Source: Octopus vulgaris
Taxonomy: Eukaryota
NCBI GenBank assembly: GCA_951406725.2
Contig: OX597819.1
Location: forward strand, 63,984,001 to 64,048,000
Direction: 5' to 3'
DNA length: 64,000 bases
Part shown: one piece after another, positions 44,265-57,559 of the stretch
How the letters are laid out: every line of letters begins with the position of its first letter
Numbering within the stretch: the stretch's first letter is position 1
Program-made: the position numbers and the translations under genes
The notes under the pieces: generated by a model
What the model was told of the DNA's origin: nothing
What the model saw: only the letters and a program-made list of their open reading frames with translations
The model's database searches: none

Positions 44265-45690
44265 ATGAATCCCAAGTAAATCTCCTCGTTGATACGGTGA
44301 ATGCTGTCAGTGTTGATATCAGAATGGAGTTGGGACAGAAAAATTGCAGTGTGTTAGTCTTGAAGAGAGGTAAATTGAAATGTGTGAACGGGCTAGCGCT
44401 ACCATCGGAGGAGGCTACAAAGCAAACACAAGAAACGGGCTATGAGTATGGGAAATAGATAAATTGGTGTTATGTGAAATAGGTAAATTGATGGAGAAAA
44501 AATGATAGAAATATTTTAAGTGGTTTATTTGCGCAGATTAAGACTGATCATTAAGTCGAAATAATATAGACGGCATAAGATCAAGGTATCAAAACCTAGG
44601 CCATTTTAATCTTTATATATGGAGCAAGGGTAATCGCATGGACAGTAAACGAACTAAACAGCTCAGACAGAAAGACAAAGAAGTCGCTGACTGGATATGG
44701 GTCACTCCACCCAACACGTGACACAGACAGAGTGTATCTACCAACAAAAATATGAGGAATGGACTGAGTGGATGCGAACACAATATTAGAGCAAACGAAA
44801 TCAACATAGCATGGTATGTAAAAATGCTACAGAACCACTATTATTGGAAGTAAGAAGGTCAGCGGTGTGTAGGATGGAAAATTGCAATGATAAAGCACTG
44901 TACAAGCACTTGAGAATGAATGAAACTGAAAATAGGTGGATAAAGAAAAGAATGCCTGGGAAATGTCACATGACACCGAGGATAAGTCAGACAGAGAAAA
45001 AATGACTATGGATGACTAAAAGGGATTTAAAACCGGAAAACGAAGGCTCTAATCTGTGTACCCCAAGAGCAACCATTAAATACCCATTACATCAAATATA
45101 GACAACACATCAGAGAGTGATAAATGCAGAATTTGAGGACAAAAGGGTGAAACCACCGTAAGGCATATAACCTGTCTATATACGCCGATAGGCCAGAAAG
45201 AATATAAGAGACATCATGACAATATAGCAAAGATTGGCCATTGGACATTTTGCAACAAGTATAGACTTGACAGAGCAAACATGTGGTACGAATAAACCCG
45301 AAGGAATCATCGGAAATGATAAGGCAAAGATCTAATGGCATTTTATGATTCAGTGCGACACTGAGTTAGAGAATGGGAAGCCAGACATAGTGTTAACCGA
45401 GAAAGAAAGCAAAGGATGCTAGATGTGAGATATAGCATGCCCAGCTGTCAACAAGGTATGCGATAAAGAAGAAAGAATTTCGATAGATAGAACAAGTTCG
45501 CTTGGGAAGTTAAGCAGTTGTGGTCACTGAAAACGATGGCAGTACCGATAATTCTTGGAGCACCGGCAACAGTGAGTAAAAATCTTGAGAAGTACATGGA
45601 ACAAATAGGAGCTGCAATAAGGGTGGAGCAGTGGCAGGAAACAGAACTTCTCGGAACCGCTGGAAAACTCCTGAAGCTGTGCAAAGGCAA
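44265..45690 (+). mobile_element. R4/Dong non-LTR retrotransposon copy D0, 5'-truncated and degenerate
   Basis: Frameshifted DIRMELG..C, HPTRDTDRVYLP, C/APQEQ, CR.., KPDIVL, VPIILGAPATVSKNL, LLGTA; between (TAA)n tracts 44087-44260 and 45700-46071. Confidence 0.8.
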
Positions 45691-45714
45691 TGAAGAATAT
45701 TAATATTAATAATG

Positions 45715-45784
<70 letters not shown>

Positions 45785-45791
45785 TGATGAC

Positions 45792-45830
<39 letters not shown>

Positions 45831-45855
45831 AATGATAATGATGATAATAATAATA

Positions 45856-45892
<37 letters not shown>

Positions 45893-45900
45893 TGATAATG

Positions 45901-45955
<55 letters not shown>

Positions 45956-45972
45956 TAATAATAATAATAATG

Positions 45973-46705
<733 letters not shown>

Positions 46706-47180
46706 TAATTTTTCTTAAGCCTAATAGTAGTAAACATCTGAACTTTTTTTTTTTTTTGACCGATAGGACCGCACCTAAAGAGAAAAAAAAAATATCACTG
46801 ATGGTGATGGTGATGATGGTGATGGTGATAATAATGATAGTAATAGTGCTGATAATCTATCTATCTATCTACACATACACACACACTCAAAGAGTTCAAC
46901 CAACACAAAGAAAGTATTATTTGACAGGCAAGAACTCTAGTGTTGAAGACAGTCAGCCAGCCAACCACCAAGCCAGCCAACGAGACAGACAGACACTACT
47001 GTGATGGTGATAATGATAAAAAAACAAAAATAACAATAATAAGATACTGCTGTGACTACACATAAAACAATATCATTGATGATGATGGTGGTGATGGTGA
47101 TGGTGATGATGATAATGATGATGGTAATGGTGGTGATAATGATGATAGTGATGGTAATGGTGATGATAATAACAATAATA

Positions 47181-50100
47181 AGCCGACTACGGCTGCTATA
47201 ATGGTACGATTATAATTGTAACGGCAATGATGGCCGTCTAACCACGAGCCAATCAAAGCTAAAAAATGATAACATTATCGTAGCACCAAAATGTTTTTGG
47301 AAACTAAAAGGAAAACTAAATCAGTATACCAAATCGCTTGTCCTATGGTTAATCTGGAAGCGCGTCCACCAGGGAAGAGCCAGCCTGGGATCGAAAAGTC
47401 ATCAACTGGCACAAACTCTTCTCCGAATACGGACATGGATGGTCACTTGAACGAGAAATCCCCCAACTCGAGCCCTCCAAGTTCACCACCACAACCACCA
47501 CAGAAAGAAAAATGTAAGCGGAACAAATGGACCCGAGAAGAGTATAAAGAAGTAATATACGCTTATTACTATGCATTAGGTAGGCCATCTCAAGAGAGAC
47601 ACACCGCAAAATCTTACAGTATATGGAGAACACGGAATCAAGACAGTAGGCCCTATTTGGACGAGAACAAATTAGCAAATGTGAGGAGCGATATCTTAAG
47701 AAATAACAGACTCACAGACAGTGAAATAAGCGCGATCAAGCACGCAACGGAAAATGACATAAATATAAGACACAAAGGAAATGAAGAATCAGATGAACAG
47801 TATAGTCCGCCACGAGGCTTAATTGAAAGACTGCCATCTGACCAAAGTACGCAAAGGCCTGAAGATACAAGAAATTCTATTGTACCAGTTAAAGATAGCC
47901 AGGAAAACGAAAAAACAACAGTAACTGAAGATCTCGCATTTGCTGAAGAACACAGAGAGTCTATGGCAGAAATGAGGCAGAAAATCCTGAATACGCTTGA
48001 AGTTGTAAGACATACAAGTATGAATGATAGAGAACCGCTTCATAAACTCTCAAATACAAACCAAAATAAAAAACAAATCCAAATTGGCAACTATGTAACA
48101 AATGAAATAATACGAGAATTAAAACCTGATTTTACTGAGTTAAATGAAATTATTTACGCTTCTGCTAGGGCAATTGAAACCAGCTGTATGCCCCCGAAAA
48201 AACAAAGAAAACAAAACCTGGGAAGAAATCAAACCTGGAGAAGTAAAATTGAAAAAGAGATTGAATTTATGAGAGGGGAAATATCAATATTAAATGAACT
48301 AATATGTGGAAATGATGTAAGATCCAGAACAGGAAGAAAGATGAAGAGAAAATTTGGATCCTCACCAAGAGAAGAACTGATATCAATAAAAGAAACGCTG
48401 AAACAAAAAGTCCAAGCAAAAGCCCAAAGAATACGAAGATTTGAGAAGAGAAACAAGTTTTACAAGCAAAATAAGCTGTTCACATCCAATGCCAAAGAAT
48501 TCTACAGAGAAATAGGGAAGGAGAAAGTAACCGTTAAAGACCCCCCTCTCATGGAAGAAGTTCAAAACTTTTGGAAAAGGATTTGGAGTGACAAGAAGAC
48601 GTACAACATAAATGCAGACTGGATTATACAAACTGAAGGATCCTACCAAAATTTACAACAACAGCATGGGAAGACATCACAATAGCAGACCTAAGAAAGG
48701 CACTCACGAAGGCCCATAATTGGAAATCCCCCGGTAAAGATAGGGTGCCGAATTTCTGGCTCGCATCGCTTCCGTGCGCACACGGTAAGCTAGTTCAGCT
48801 GCTCAATGGAATTATGAGAGACCCAAAGAAAACACCTGAATGGTTAGCAAGTAGCATTACTTACCTACTCCCAAAGAATAACGAAACCAACCTTCCAAAA
48901 AACTATCGGCCTATAACCTGTCTATCCACCACGTATAAAATCCTAACATCTATCCTGGCGGAGAAAACATATGCATTCATGGAGAAGAACGATATTTTCC
49001 CCATTGAACAAAAAGGGTGCCGCCGAGGCTCTTACGGATGCAAAGATCAACTGCTAATCAATAGTATGATCCTTGAGAACTGTCACAACAAGCGCAGAAA
49101 TCTCAGCACCGCATGGATTGACTATAAAAAGGCCTTCGACAGTATACCGCATCCATGGATCTTGAGATCGCTGGACATCTTCAAAATTTCCCCTGTGATT
49201 CGTGGAATACGAATCTCCAATTATACCACTCTAATGGAGTACTTGCCTCAGAAAATATAAACATCAACTGTGGAATTTTTCAAGGTGACTCACTTTCACC
49301 TTTAATATTCTGCATAGCCCTAATACCCCTTACAAGTGAATTAAACAGAACAGTGTATGGGTATAAAATTGCCAATAAAAAAATAAGCCATCTATTTTAT
49401 ATGGATGACTTAAAACTTTATGGTAAAGACAATAATGAACTTGAAGGCCTATTGCGCACCGTGAAAGCATTCAGCGTTGACATCGGGATGGAGTTTGGAC
49501 TTGAGAAGTGTGCCAAGGCCACTTTCCAGAAAGGGAAAGTGAAGACCACAAATTCAGTCGTGTTAGATGTTGACACAGTCATAAGAGAGCTTGAGCAAGA
49601 ACAAACATACAAATATTTAGGGATAAATGAAGGCTCTGGTATTCAGCATGCAAGCATGAAAGAGAAAATCAGGAAGGAATGTTATAGGAGAGTTCATGCA
49701 GTCCTGAAATCTGAACTAAATGCACGTAACAAGGTGTTAGCTATAAATTCCTTAGCAGTTCCAGTTGTTACTTATAGCTACAATGTGTTGAACTGGAATA
49801 TGAGTGAAGTAAAGAATATAGATAGAAAAATACGCAAGCTGCTGAGTTGTAATAGGATGCACCACCCAAAGGCAGACGTAGATCGCCTTTACCTTCCCAG
49901 AGCCCAAGGAGGTCGAGGCCTGATCCAATTTGAACTAGCTTACAAAACAACCACAATTGGACTGGCCAAATATCTCGAAATATCGAATGACTGGATGCTA
50001 AAGCTCGTGGAAAATCACGAGAGACGAAAGAAGCTTCATTCTATCATCAAGGAAAGCAAAAAAGTTGCTATTGATCTCGTGCAGGATACCCAAACTGAAC

Positions 50101-51114
50101 AACCCGAGGGAAGTACGGCAACTATTGTTGCAAAGAAGGTGAATATGATGGCAATGAAAAAAGCGCCCGAGCAATTGGCTGATAGGTGGGAGGAGAAACC
50201 TCTGCACGGCAAATATGTGACCCGCAGCAAACAAGCTGATGTTGACCAGAAGCAAACCCATCAGTGGCTGCGGAGCTCAGGGCTAAAAGCAGAGAGCGAT
50301 GGTTTCATCCTGGCTGCTCAAGACCAAAGCCTATTAACCCGGAACTACCAGGCCAATGTGATGAAAAATGGAGCAGACCCAAAATGCCGATTCTGCAACG
50401 ACATGATTGAAACAGTGGACCACCTAAGCTCTGGATGTAAAGTTTTAGCACCAGTGGAGTATAAATTAAGACATGACAGAGTTGGCCAATATCTCCACTG
50501 GCTAATAAGTCGGCATTACAATATCAAAACTGCCGACAAGTGGTATAATCACCACCCTGAGGCTGTAACTGAAGGAGAAAATGTAACCATTCTGTGGGAC
50601 TTTCCAGTACATACAGACCGAACCATCAAGGCCAATAAACCAGATATTGTTGTGAAAGACCAAAACAATAAAGTTTGCTTATTGATCGACATGAGCATCC
50701 CCTGTGATCATAATATCTCAGCGAAAGAGTTTGACAGCTCAGAAAATATAAAGACCTACTCATTGAAATTGAGAAAACGTGGCATCTCAAGGCGGTTACA
50801 ATACCAGTGATCGTAGGAGCACTAGGAATGATCAAGAAGGGAACCGAAAATTATATGAGAATAATCCCTGGCTTACCATCCCTGCAAGAAGTACAAAAGA
50901 TTGTCTTAACTGGTACATCAAACGTGTTGAGAAGAGCATTGTCGATGTGAGAATTATTACTACCCATGTATTTTAATTTAACTTAAAAAAAAAATGATCG
51001 AACTATTGAGTTTAGTTTAATGGCGTACCAATTATTACTATGAGTTTCTTTGCCGTAGGAGTCGGGAAGACACTCGGCAAGAAATGGAAGCAAATTTGAA
51101 AGAAGAAAAAAAAG
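47181..51114 (+). mobile_element. Near full-length R4/Dong RLE non-LTR retrotransposon D1
   Basis: Short 5' UTR, single long ORF broken by three frameshifts, 3' UTR, (TAA/TGA)n on both sides. Confidence 0.93.
47291..50950 (+). pseudogene. Dong/R4 polyprotein: N-terminal Myb-like region, RT, CCHC knuckle, restriction-like endonuclease
   Basis: KWTREEY; NWKSPGKD; NYRPITCL; EQKGC; WIDYKKAFDS; GIFQGDSLSPL; LFYMDDLKLY; YKYLG; CRFCNDMIETVDHLSSGC; RHD; KPDIVV..LLIDMSIP; IPVIVGALG. Frameshifts near 48665, 49200 (~28 bp deletion relative to D5) and 50738. Confidence 0.93.
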
Positions 51115-51180
51115 TAATATAAGTAATAATAATAATCATAATCATAATCATAATAATAATAGTAATAATAATAATAAAAA

Positions 51181-52017
51181 TTTCAGGACTGAAATCAGAG
51201 ACTGAAGGCTTCATATTGGCGGCACAAGATCAAACCTTGCTTGCCAAAACCTACCAGGCTATCGTTCATCAAAACGGTTGTGGCCCTAGATGCATATTCT
51301 GCGACATATCAGACAAAGCAGTAGAGCATCTCGTCTTGGGATGTCCTGTTCTGACACACACACACACAAAAAAAATACACACAAAACCGCCACGGTAGTG
51401 TAGGACAGCATTTACATTTGAAAATATGCAAACACAACAAAATCAACACTCCTGTTTACTAGTAAGAACATCATCCCGAGGCAGTCATTGAAGGTAAAAA
51501 CTTCACTATCCTGTGGGAATTTCCAGTCAATACCTAGAAAACTATCCAGGCTAATCGACCAGACACAATTATTAAAAACTGTGAAGAAAATACTTGTAGA
51601 CTAATTGATGTGTTTCCACTGATAAAATATAATTCTAAAGGAATTTGTCAAAGTAAATATAAGGACTTGGAAATTGAAATGCAAAAGGTGTGATATCTTA
51701 AAGCGAGAACTGATCCTTTTATTGTAGGTGCACTAAGTATGATAAAGAAGGGATGTCAGAAACATCTAGATAATATCCTAGGAGAACCATTTCTTAGAGA
51801 AATCTAAACGATTGTGCTGAGAAGTACTGTCCACATACTTAGAAAAACCCTATACATTTAAATGTCTGTGTTAAGTTATATCGAGTTGTTTCGGTACAGC
51901 CGGTTCCACTCCCAGTCCTCAAGCTTTCGGTAATACTGTACCATCTCTTATCCTTCACTCATCCTAGGGCGGTGGTGTGTCTCGGCAAGTAATTGTAAGA
52001 AACATGAAGGTAAACCT
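51181..52017 (+). mobile_element. Dong/R4 3' fragment D2
   Basis: SGLKSETEGFILAAQDQ, CIFCDISDKAVEHLVLGC, ILWEFPV, NRPDTII, IVGAL; starts straight after (TAA)n. Confidence 0.88.
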
Positions 52018-52994
52018 AAATAATAATAATAATAATTGTTATTATTATTATATATATACACACGTATACACATACACATATACATACATGCATATTCATA
52101 CATTCATACATACACACACACATATACACAGATATATATATATATAGATATAGATATATATATATATATATATATATACATAGCAGATGAAAGACAGAAG
52201 ATGGAATATAAGAGAATTTTTTATTAATCACGGCAATTGTTTTGACACATTTAGCATCGATTTCTCATGTGCTGGACACTCAACATCTGGTGAGGAACAT
52301 CCGGTGGTGCAGATGTAAACTATCTGTCTTATTATCCATTACATATATATATGGACGACATATACATATTGATATGTACATTGTTCTGCGTCCTATTATA
52401 GATGTTTAGCCATATGCATTTGAATCAGTGGGACAATGAGGGAAAGCTTCGAAATATGGTTATCCATTCATTGCGCATGACAGGAATAAGCTCAGTATAT
52501 AAGTTGACGTGATGTGACGTGCTTTCTGGTTATGATACTGCATTCTTTTGTCATGTCCTTAAGGACAGGATAGAACTTCCCGTTTTTCCGTTCCAAAATA
52601 CTTGTGTGCCTGCATCTATGCATGTGTGTATGTACTACACTACTCTGTGTGTGTCTGTCTGTTTGTGTATTGCTATGCTGTTTCATTTCGTAATTCCTTT
52701 CCCGTTCTTTGACCCAAACTAACATTTCTTCAAGACACTTGGTTTATCCATTATTATATAGATTGATTTATCTCTCATGTTCTATGTTCAATTTTTCACT
52801 CTACATCTTTTCATCTACTTTGATATAATTACAGTACTGATTTTTTCTCCCAGATGAACTATATTTCCGGATGCTACATGTGCATATCTGAATATATATA
52901 CGTTTACATACATACATGCGTGCATACACTTACATACATACATACATACATACTTATATACATACATACATACACACATATATATATATATATT

Positions 52995-53036
<42 letters not shown>

Positions 53037-53082
53037 TTATATATACATATATATATATATTTATATATACATATATATATGT

Positions 53083-53128
<46 letters not shown>

Positions 53129-53841
53129 GTATATATGTATATATATACATATATATACACAAATATATATATATACATGTACACGCATATAAACATACAT
53201 ACATACACACACACACGCACATATATATATATATATATGTACACATACATGCATACACATGCACGCATCAACAAGCGCACGCATACTCATTTATATATGA
53301 CTTCGTATATAAAAATGCATATAATGATAGTTAAGTAGAAAGAGAGACAGGTCGATAGGTAGAGTCATGCATAGTTCAATAGGAAGCGAGAAAGAGATGG
53401 CAATTGCGTTATCCTAAGAGGAACTATTGCACTTAAGCAAATTGCTTTTTCTGATCATGAAGTGCAGACAATGGAGAGGACGAAATGCCATAAAACAAAT
53501 AAATCATTTGATACAATTGTCTTATTGAACATGTAAGAAAGCATTTTTCTGCGTACCTGAAAAAAACTTTCGTTTGCCAGAGTTCGTTTCATTGTTGGTG
53601 CAGAAAACAAACAGCAAATTACAACACAACAAATGCCAGCAAAACAAAAACAAACAAAAAAACAAAACAAAAAACAAAACAAAACAAAAATAAAACAAAA
53701 CAAAGAAACGAAAGAGAAATCAAAAAAGCCCTTGTGACATTCCATAACGTATCTCCATTGTATAGATGTACGAGAAATTTATTAGGATATTTTATAAAAC
53801 ATGCAGTTATAATTGTCTACTACTACTACTACTACTACTAG

Positions 53842-53903
<62 letters not shown>

Positions 53904-54039
53904 GCACTACTACTACTAATAACAACAACAGCATCAACATCAACAACAAGAAAAACAACCACAACAACAACAACAAAACAACAACAACAATAATAATAAT
54001 AATAATAATAATAAAAACAATAAAAACAATAATGTTAAT

Positions 54040-55998
54040 AAACTAATGTCAGGTATCTTTAGCGGTAAACTGTACATATACTTGGCAAAAAGTGGTCTAG
54101 TACCCAATGAATAGAAAGGGTGAGAAAGAGGGTCCCGGGAACGAAGGATCAGCTCTTAATTGATAATCTAATTATCAGGAACTGCAAGAGAAGACATGCA
54201 AACCTGAACAGGGCATGGTTTGACTATCGCAAAACATACGATATGATACCACAGTCCTGGATATATGAACACTGGAAATGCATGGAGAGGCAGACAATAT
54301 GAGAAGCCTTATATGGAGTAGCATGAAATACTGGAGTTAGGAATTGACGGCAAGGATGCAAGTACTAGGATAGGTGAAAATCTAGAGAAGAATTTGCCAC
54401 GAGGACAGTGTGTCCCCACTGATATTGGTGCTGGGAATGTGCCCCTTGAGTGAAGTACCAGAAACGACGAAGCTGGAGTATGATCTACGAAATAGTAAGG
54501 GAAAACTAAAACACTTGCTATTCATCGACGACCTGAAGCTATTCAGAAAAGGTGAGGCAGATCGGGACAGCCTAGTCAAGGTTGTGCGGATTTTCTCCAG
54601 AGATGCAGTTCGGACTATCAAAATGTGCTACGATGTTGATGAGGGGAGGAAAGCTTGCCAGGACACAAGACATATGGTTACCACGGGGTGAAATGATGAA
54701 GGCAGTTCAGCCTCAGTCCGGCTTTAAATACCTCTGAATACATGAGGCATATGGATTCAAACACCACGACATGAATAAAAAGGCAAAAAGAGAGTACCTG
54801 CGGCGAATGAGAAAACTATAGGCTTCAAAACACAATGCAAGAAAGATAATTTATGCGATAACCTCACGCACAGTCGCAATAGTTCGGTATCGCGCAGGAA
54901 TCATGAAGTGGACAGAGGAGGAGCTAAAGAGATGGGCAAGAAGTCAAGAAAGCACTTAACGGTGTATGGAGCCAATCATCCACGTGCAGATGCTGATTGC
55001 AAATACATAAAGAGAGCAAATGAGGAAAGGGGACTGATAAATGTGGAGGATTTCGTGATTATCTTACTCGACAGCTTAACGAGATACGTAACCCCAGTAA
55101 GGAAACCTTGCAAGTGACAAGAGAGACTGAGTATTCAGAACAGGGGAAAAAGGGAAAACAAAGGAAGTACAAAAAAGGACATGAAGAAGAACTACGCAAG
55201 AAGGGACTACACAATCAATTCCATGCAGCCACAACGGAAGTTGCTGGAAAAATAGGTGGGACTGGCTGATGAAATGAAAGAGACCGAGATCACTATACTA
55301 GCAGCGAAGGACCAAGATCTGACCACTAACTGGAGGGTCAACCTGAGGAATGAGCAACTGTCTACGCTGTGCCGCATCTGCAATAAGGTGGATGAAACCA
55401 TTGCTCATATCACGAACGAATGACCTAGACTTGAACCAAATCACAAGTTGTAGTGACATGACCAGGTTGTGGAAGTGCTACACTAGAAACTGTGAGAAAA
55501 GTGGCAGCTGGTGAGAGGCAAAACGTGGTATGAGCACAAACCAGAAAGAGTGGCAGAGTGGGAGACTAGCAAAATCCTCTGGGATTTCCCATTCCAAACA
55601 GATCGAATGCTGGAGCTAAACAGACTGGGCCTAGTGGTAGTGGGCTATATAGTTGACGTTGCATGTCCCTTTGACCCCCGAATAGTCAAGAAGGAAGGTG
55701 AAAAGACAGATAGATAAACAGACCCAGTTTAGTATAAATAGCCTAGCTATGGAAAATGAAGAACGTGAAGACAGTGCCAGTCATTGTTGAGTTTTGGGGG
55801 ACAATATCAGAAGGCATCAAGAGGAATATAAAGAAAATTGGAACAGTGTGCCCTGTAGAACTGTTAGAAAAGTTTTGCCCCCTTGGCTTGTCGAGAATAA
55901 TCAGGAAAGCATCATATAGCTGGAAAAAATGAATAGCATGGTACCGTATGCTGCGTGTAATAAGCCCGCTACGCATGCTAGGATCTGTGATAAACAGA
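54040..55998 (+). mobile_element. Dong/R4 copy D3, degenerate, divergent subfamily
   Basis: [72 protein letters not shown]; (TAA)n/(CAA)n on both sides. Confidence 0.85.
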
Positions 55999-55999
55999 A

Positions 56000-56064
<65 letters not shown>

Positions 56065-56283
56065 TAATATTAATAATAAAAACAATGAAAAGCAAGAAGA
56101 ATTAAAAGCAGAACCAATCCTGAAGAAAGGAATAACTAAACGCATATATTCTGAAGTGTAATGAAGACAACAGAATTTTAATTAGAGTTCATTATTTCTA
56201 TTCGGCTGTTTCTTAATTTATACATTCATGTTAGTTTTATACTGTCGTTTTATATATATATATATATATTTGTTTATCATTTA

Positions 56284-56370
<87 letters not shown>

Positions 56371-56512
56371 CATCATCATTATTATTATTATTATTGCTAT
56401 TACTTGGTGAACTTCAGAAAGAATTTGCTACTATATTCGAAGCATTTCTATAAATCATTATTTTTTATTGTTATATATTTTGCTGATGTTTTGGAAAGAA
56501 TTCAGAGGTGGT

Positions 56513-56586
<74 letters not shown>

Positions 56587-56651
56587 GGTGGTAGTGGTCG
56601 TGGTGATGATGATGATGATGATGATGATAATAATAATAATAGTAGTAGTAT

Positions 56652-57460
56652 TCAGAAGCAGAAAGGTTTATCAATGCTTACAAAGAGCTACCAGGTCAAC
56701 ATATTAATGAACGACAGTAACCCAAAATGTCGTGTATGTGAAGAACAACATAAAACCATTGATCATGTCTCCATGTTTAGTCCTCTTGCGCCTACAAAGT
56801 ATCTCAGCAGACATGATAGACAAGCACAGTATATTTACCTGGTAATTCGAAAAATTTTGACCTGCCCCATGATATAAAGTTGTGGGAATACAAACTACCT
56901 CCAATGCGTGAAAATGACCACATCTCACGCCTATGGAACTTCACTGTTCAAACTGAGACAATCGATGCAAATAGGCCAGACATTATATTCAAAGATTTCA
57001 GACAAAAATCATGCCTCCTCAATGATATAACTCTCCTACCCGACATAAGTGTTTGTATCAACACTTATCAAAAATGGAGCAAGTATAAAGATCTTGAAAT
57101 AGTAATTGGCAAAATGTGGAACCTCAAGACTAAAACAATACCTGTTGTCATAGGTACTCTTGGGAATATTGCAAAAGGGGCTGATTCAGAAAACCCCAAA
57201 ATGGCAGAAATTCAATAGATAGTGCTCATGGGAACTGCCTATATCCTACGTAAAACACAGTCTACGTAATCTCAAATGTTAAAACAAACTTATAATATTC
57301 GTATGCTTACTTAAACATTCTCTAGAAGAATACTTTGGGCAAAACAAAATATATGGCACTCTAGGCGTAACATCAACTTCAACTTATAACTTGTTTTCTC
57401 TTGAGGTCTCTGGGTGAGATATGGAGTCAACTTGTACAAATACAAAGCAAAACTGAAACA
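56652..57460 (+). mobile_element. Dong/R4 3' fragment D4
   Basis: PKCRVCEEQHKTIDHV, YLSRHD, LWNFTVQT, NRPDIIFKD, SKYKDLEI, IPVVIGTLG. Confidence 0.88.
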
Positions 57461-57559
57461 TATAATACTAATAATAATAACAACAAAAACAACAATCATA
57501 ATAATAATAATGATAATGATGATAATAATAATAATAATAGTAATAATAATAATAATAAT

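Noticed and set aside
47181-47440. HDV-like ribozyme at the 5' end of D1
   Set aside because: A GAAGAG/CTCTTC stem followed by CCGAAT is suggestive, but P1, P3 and L3 could not be assembled by eye; needs a descriptor search.
47349-50835. Antisense ORFs within D1
   Set aside because: Short shadow ORFs of the sense coding frame.
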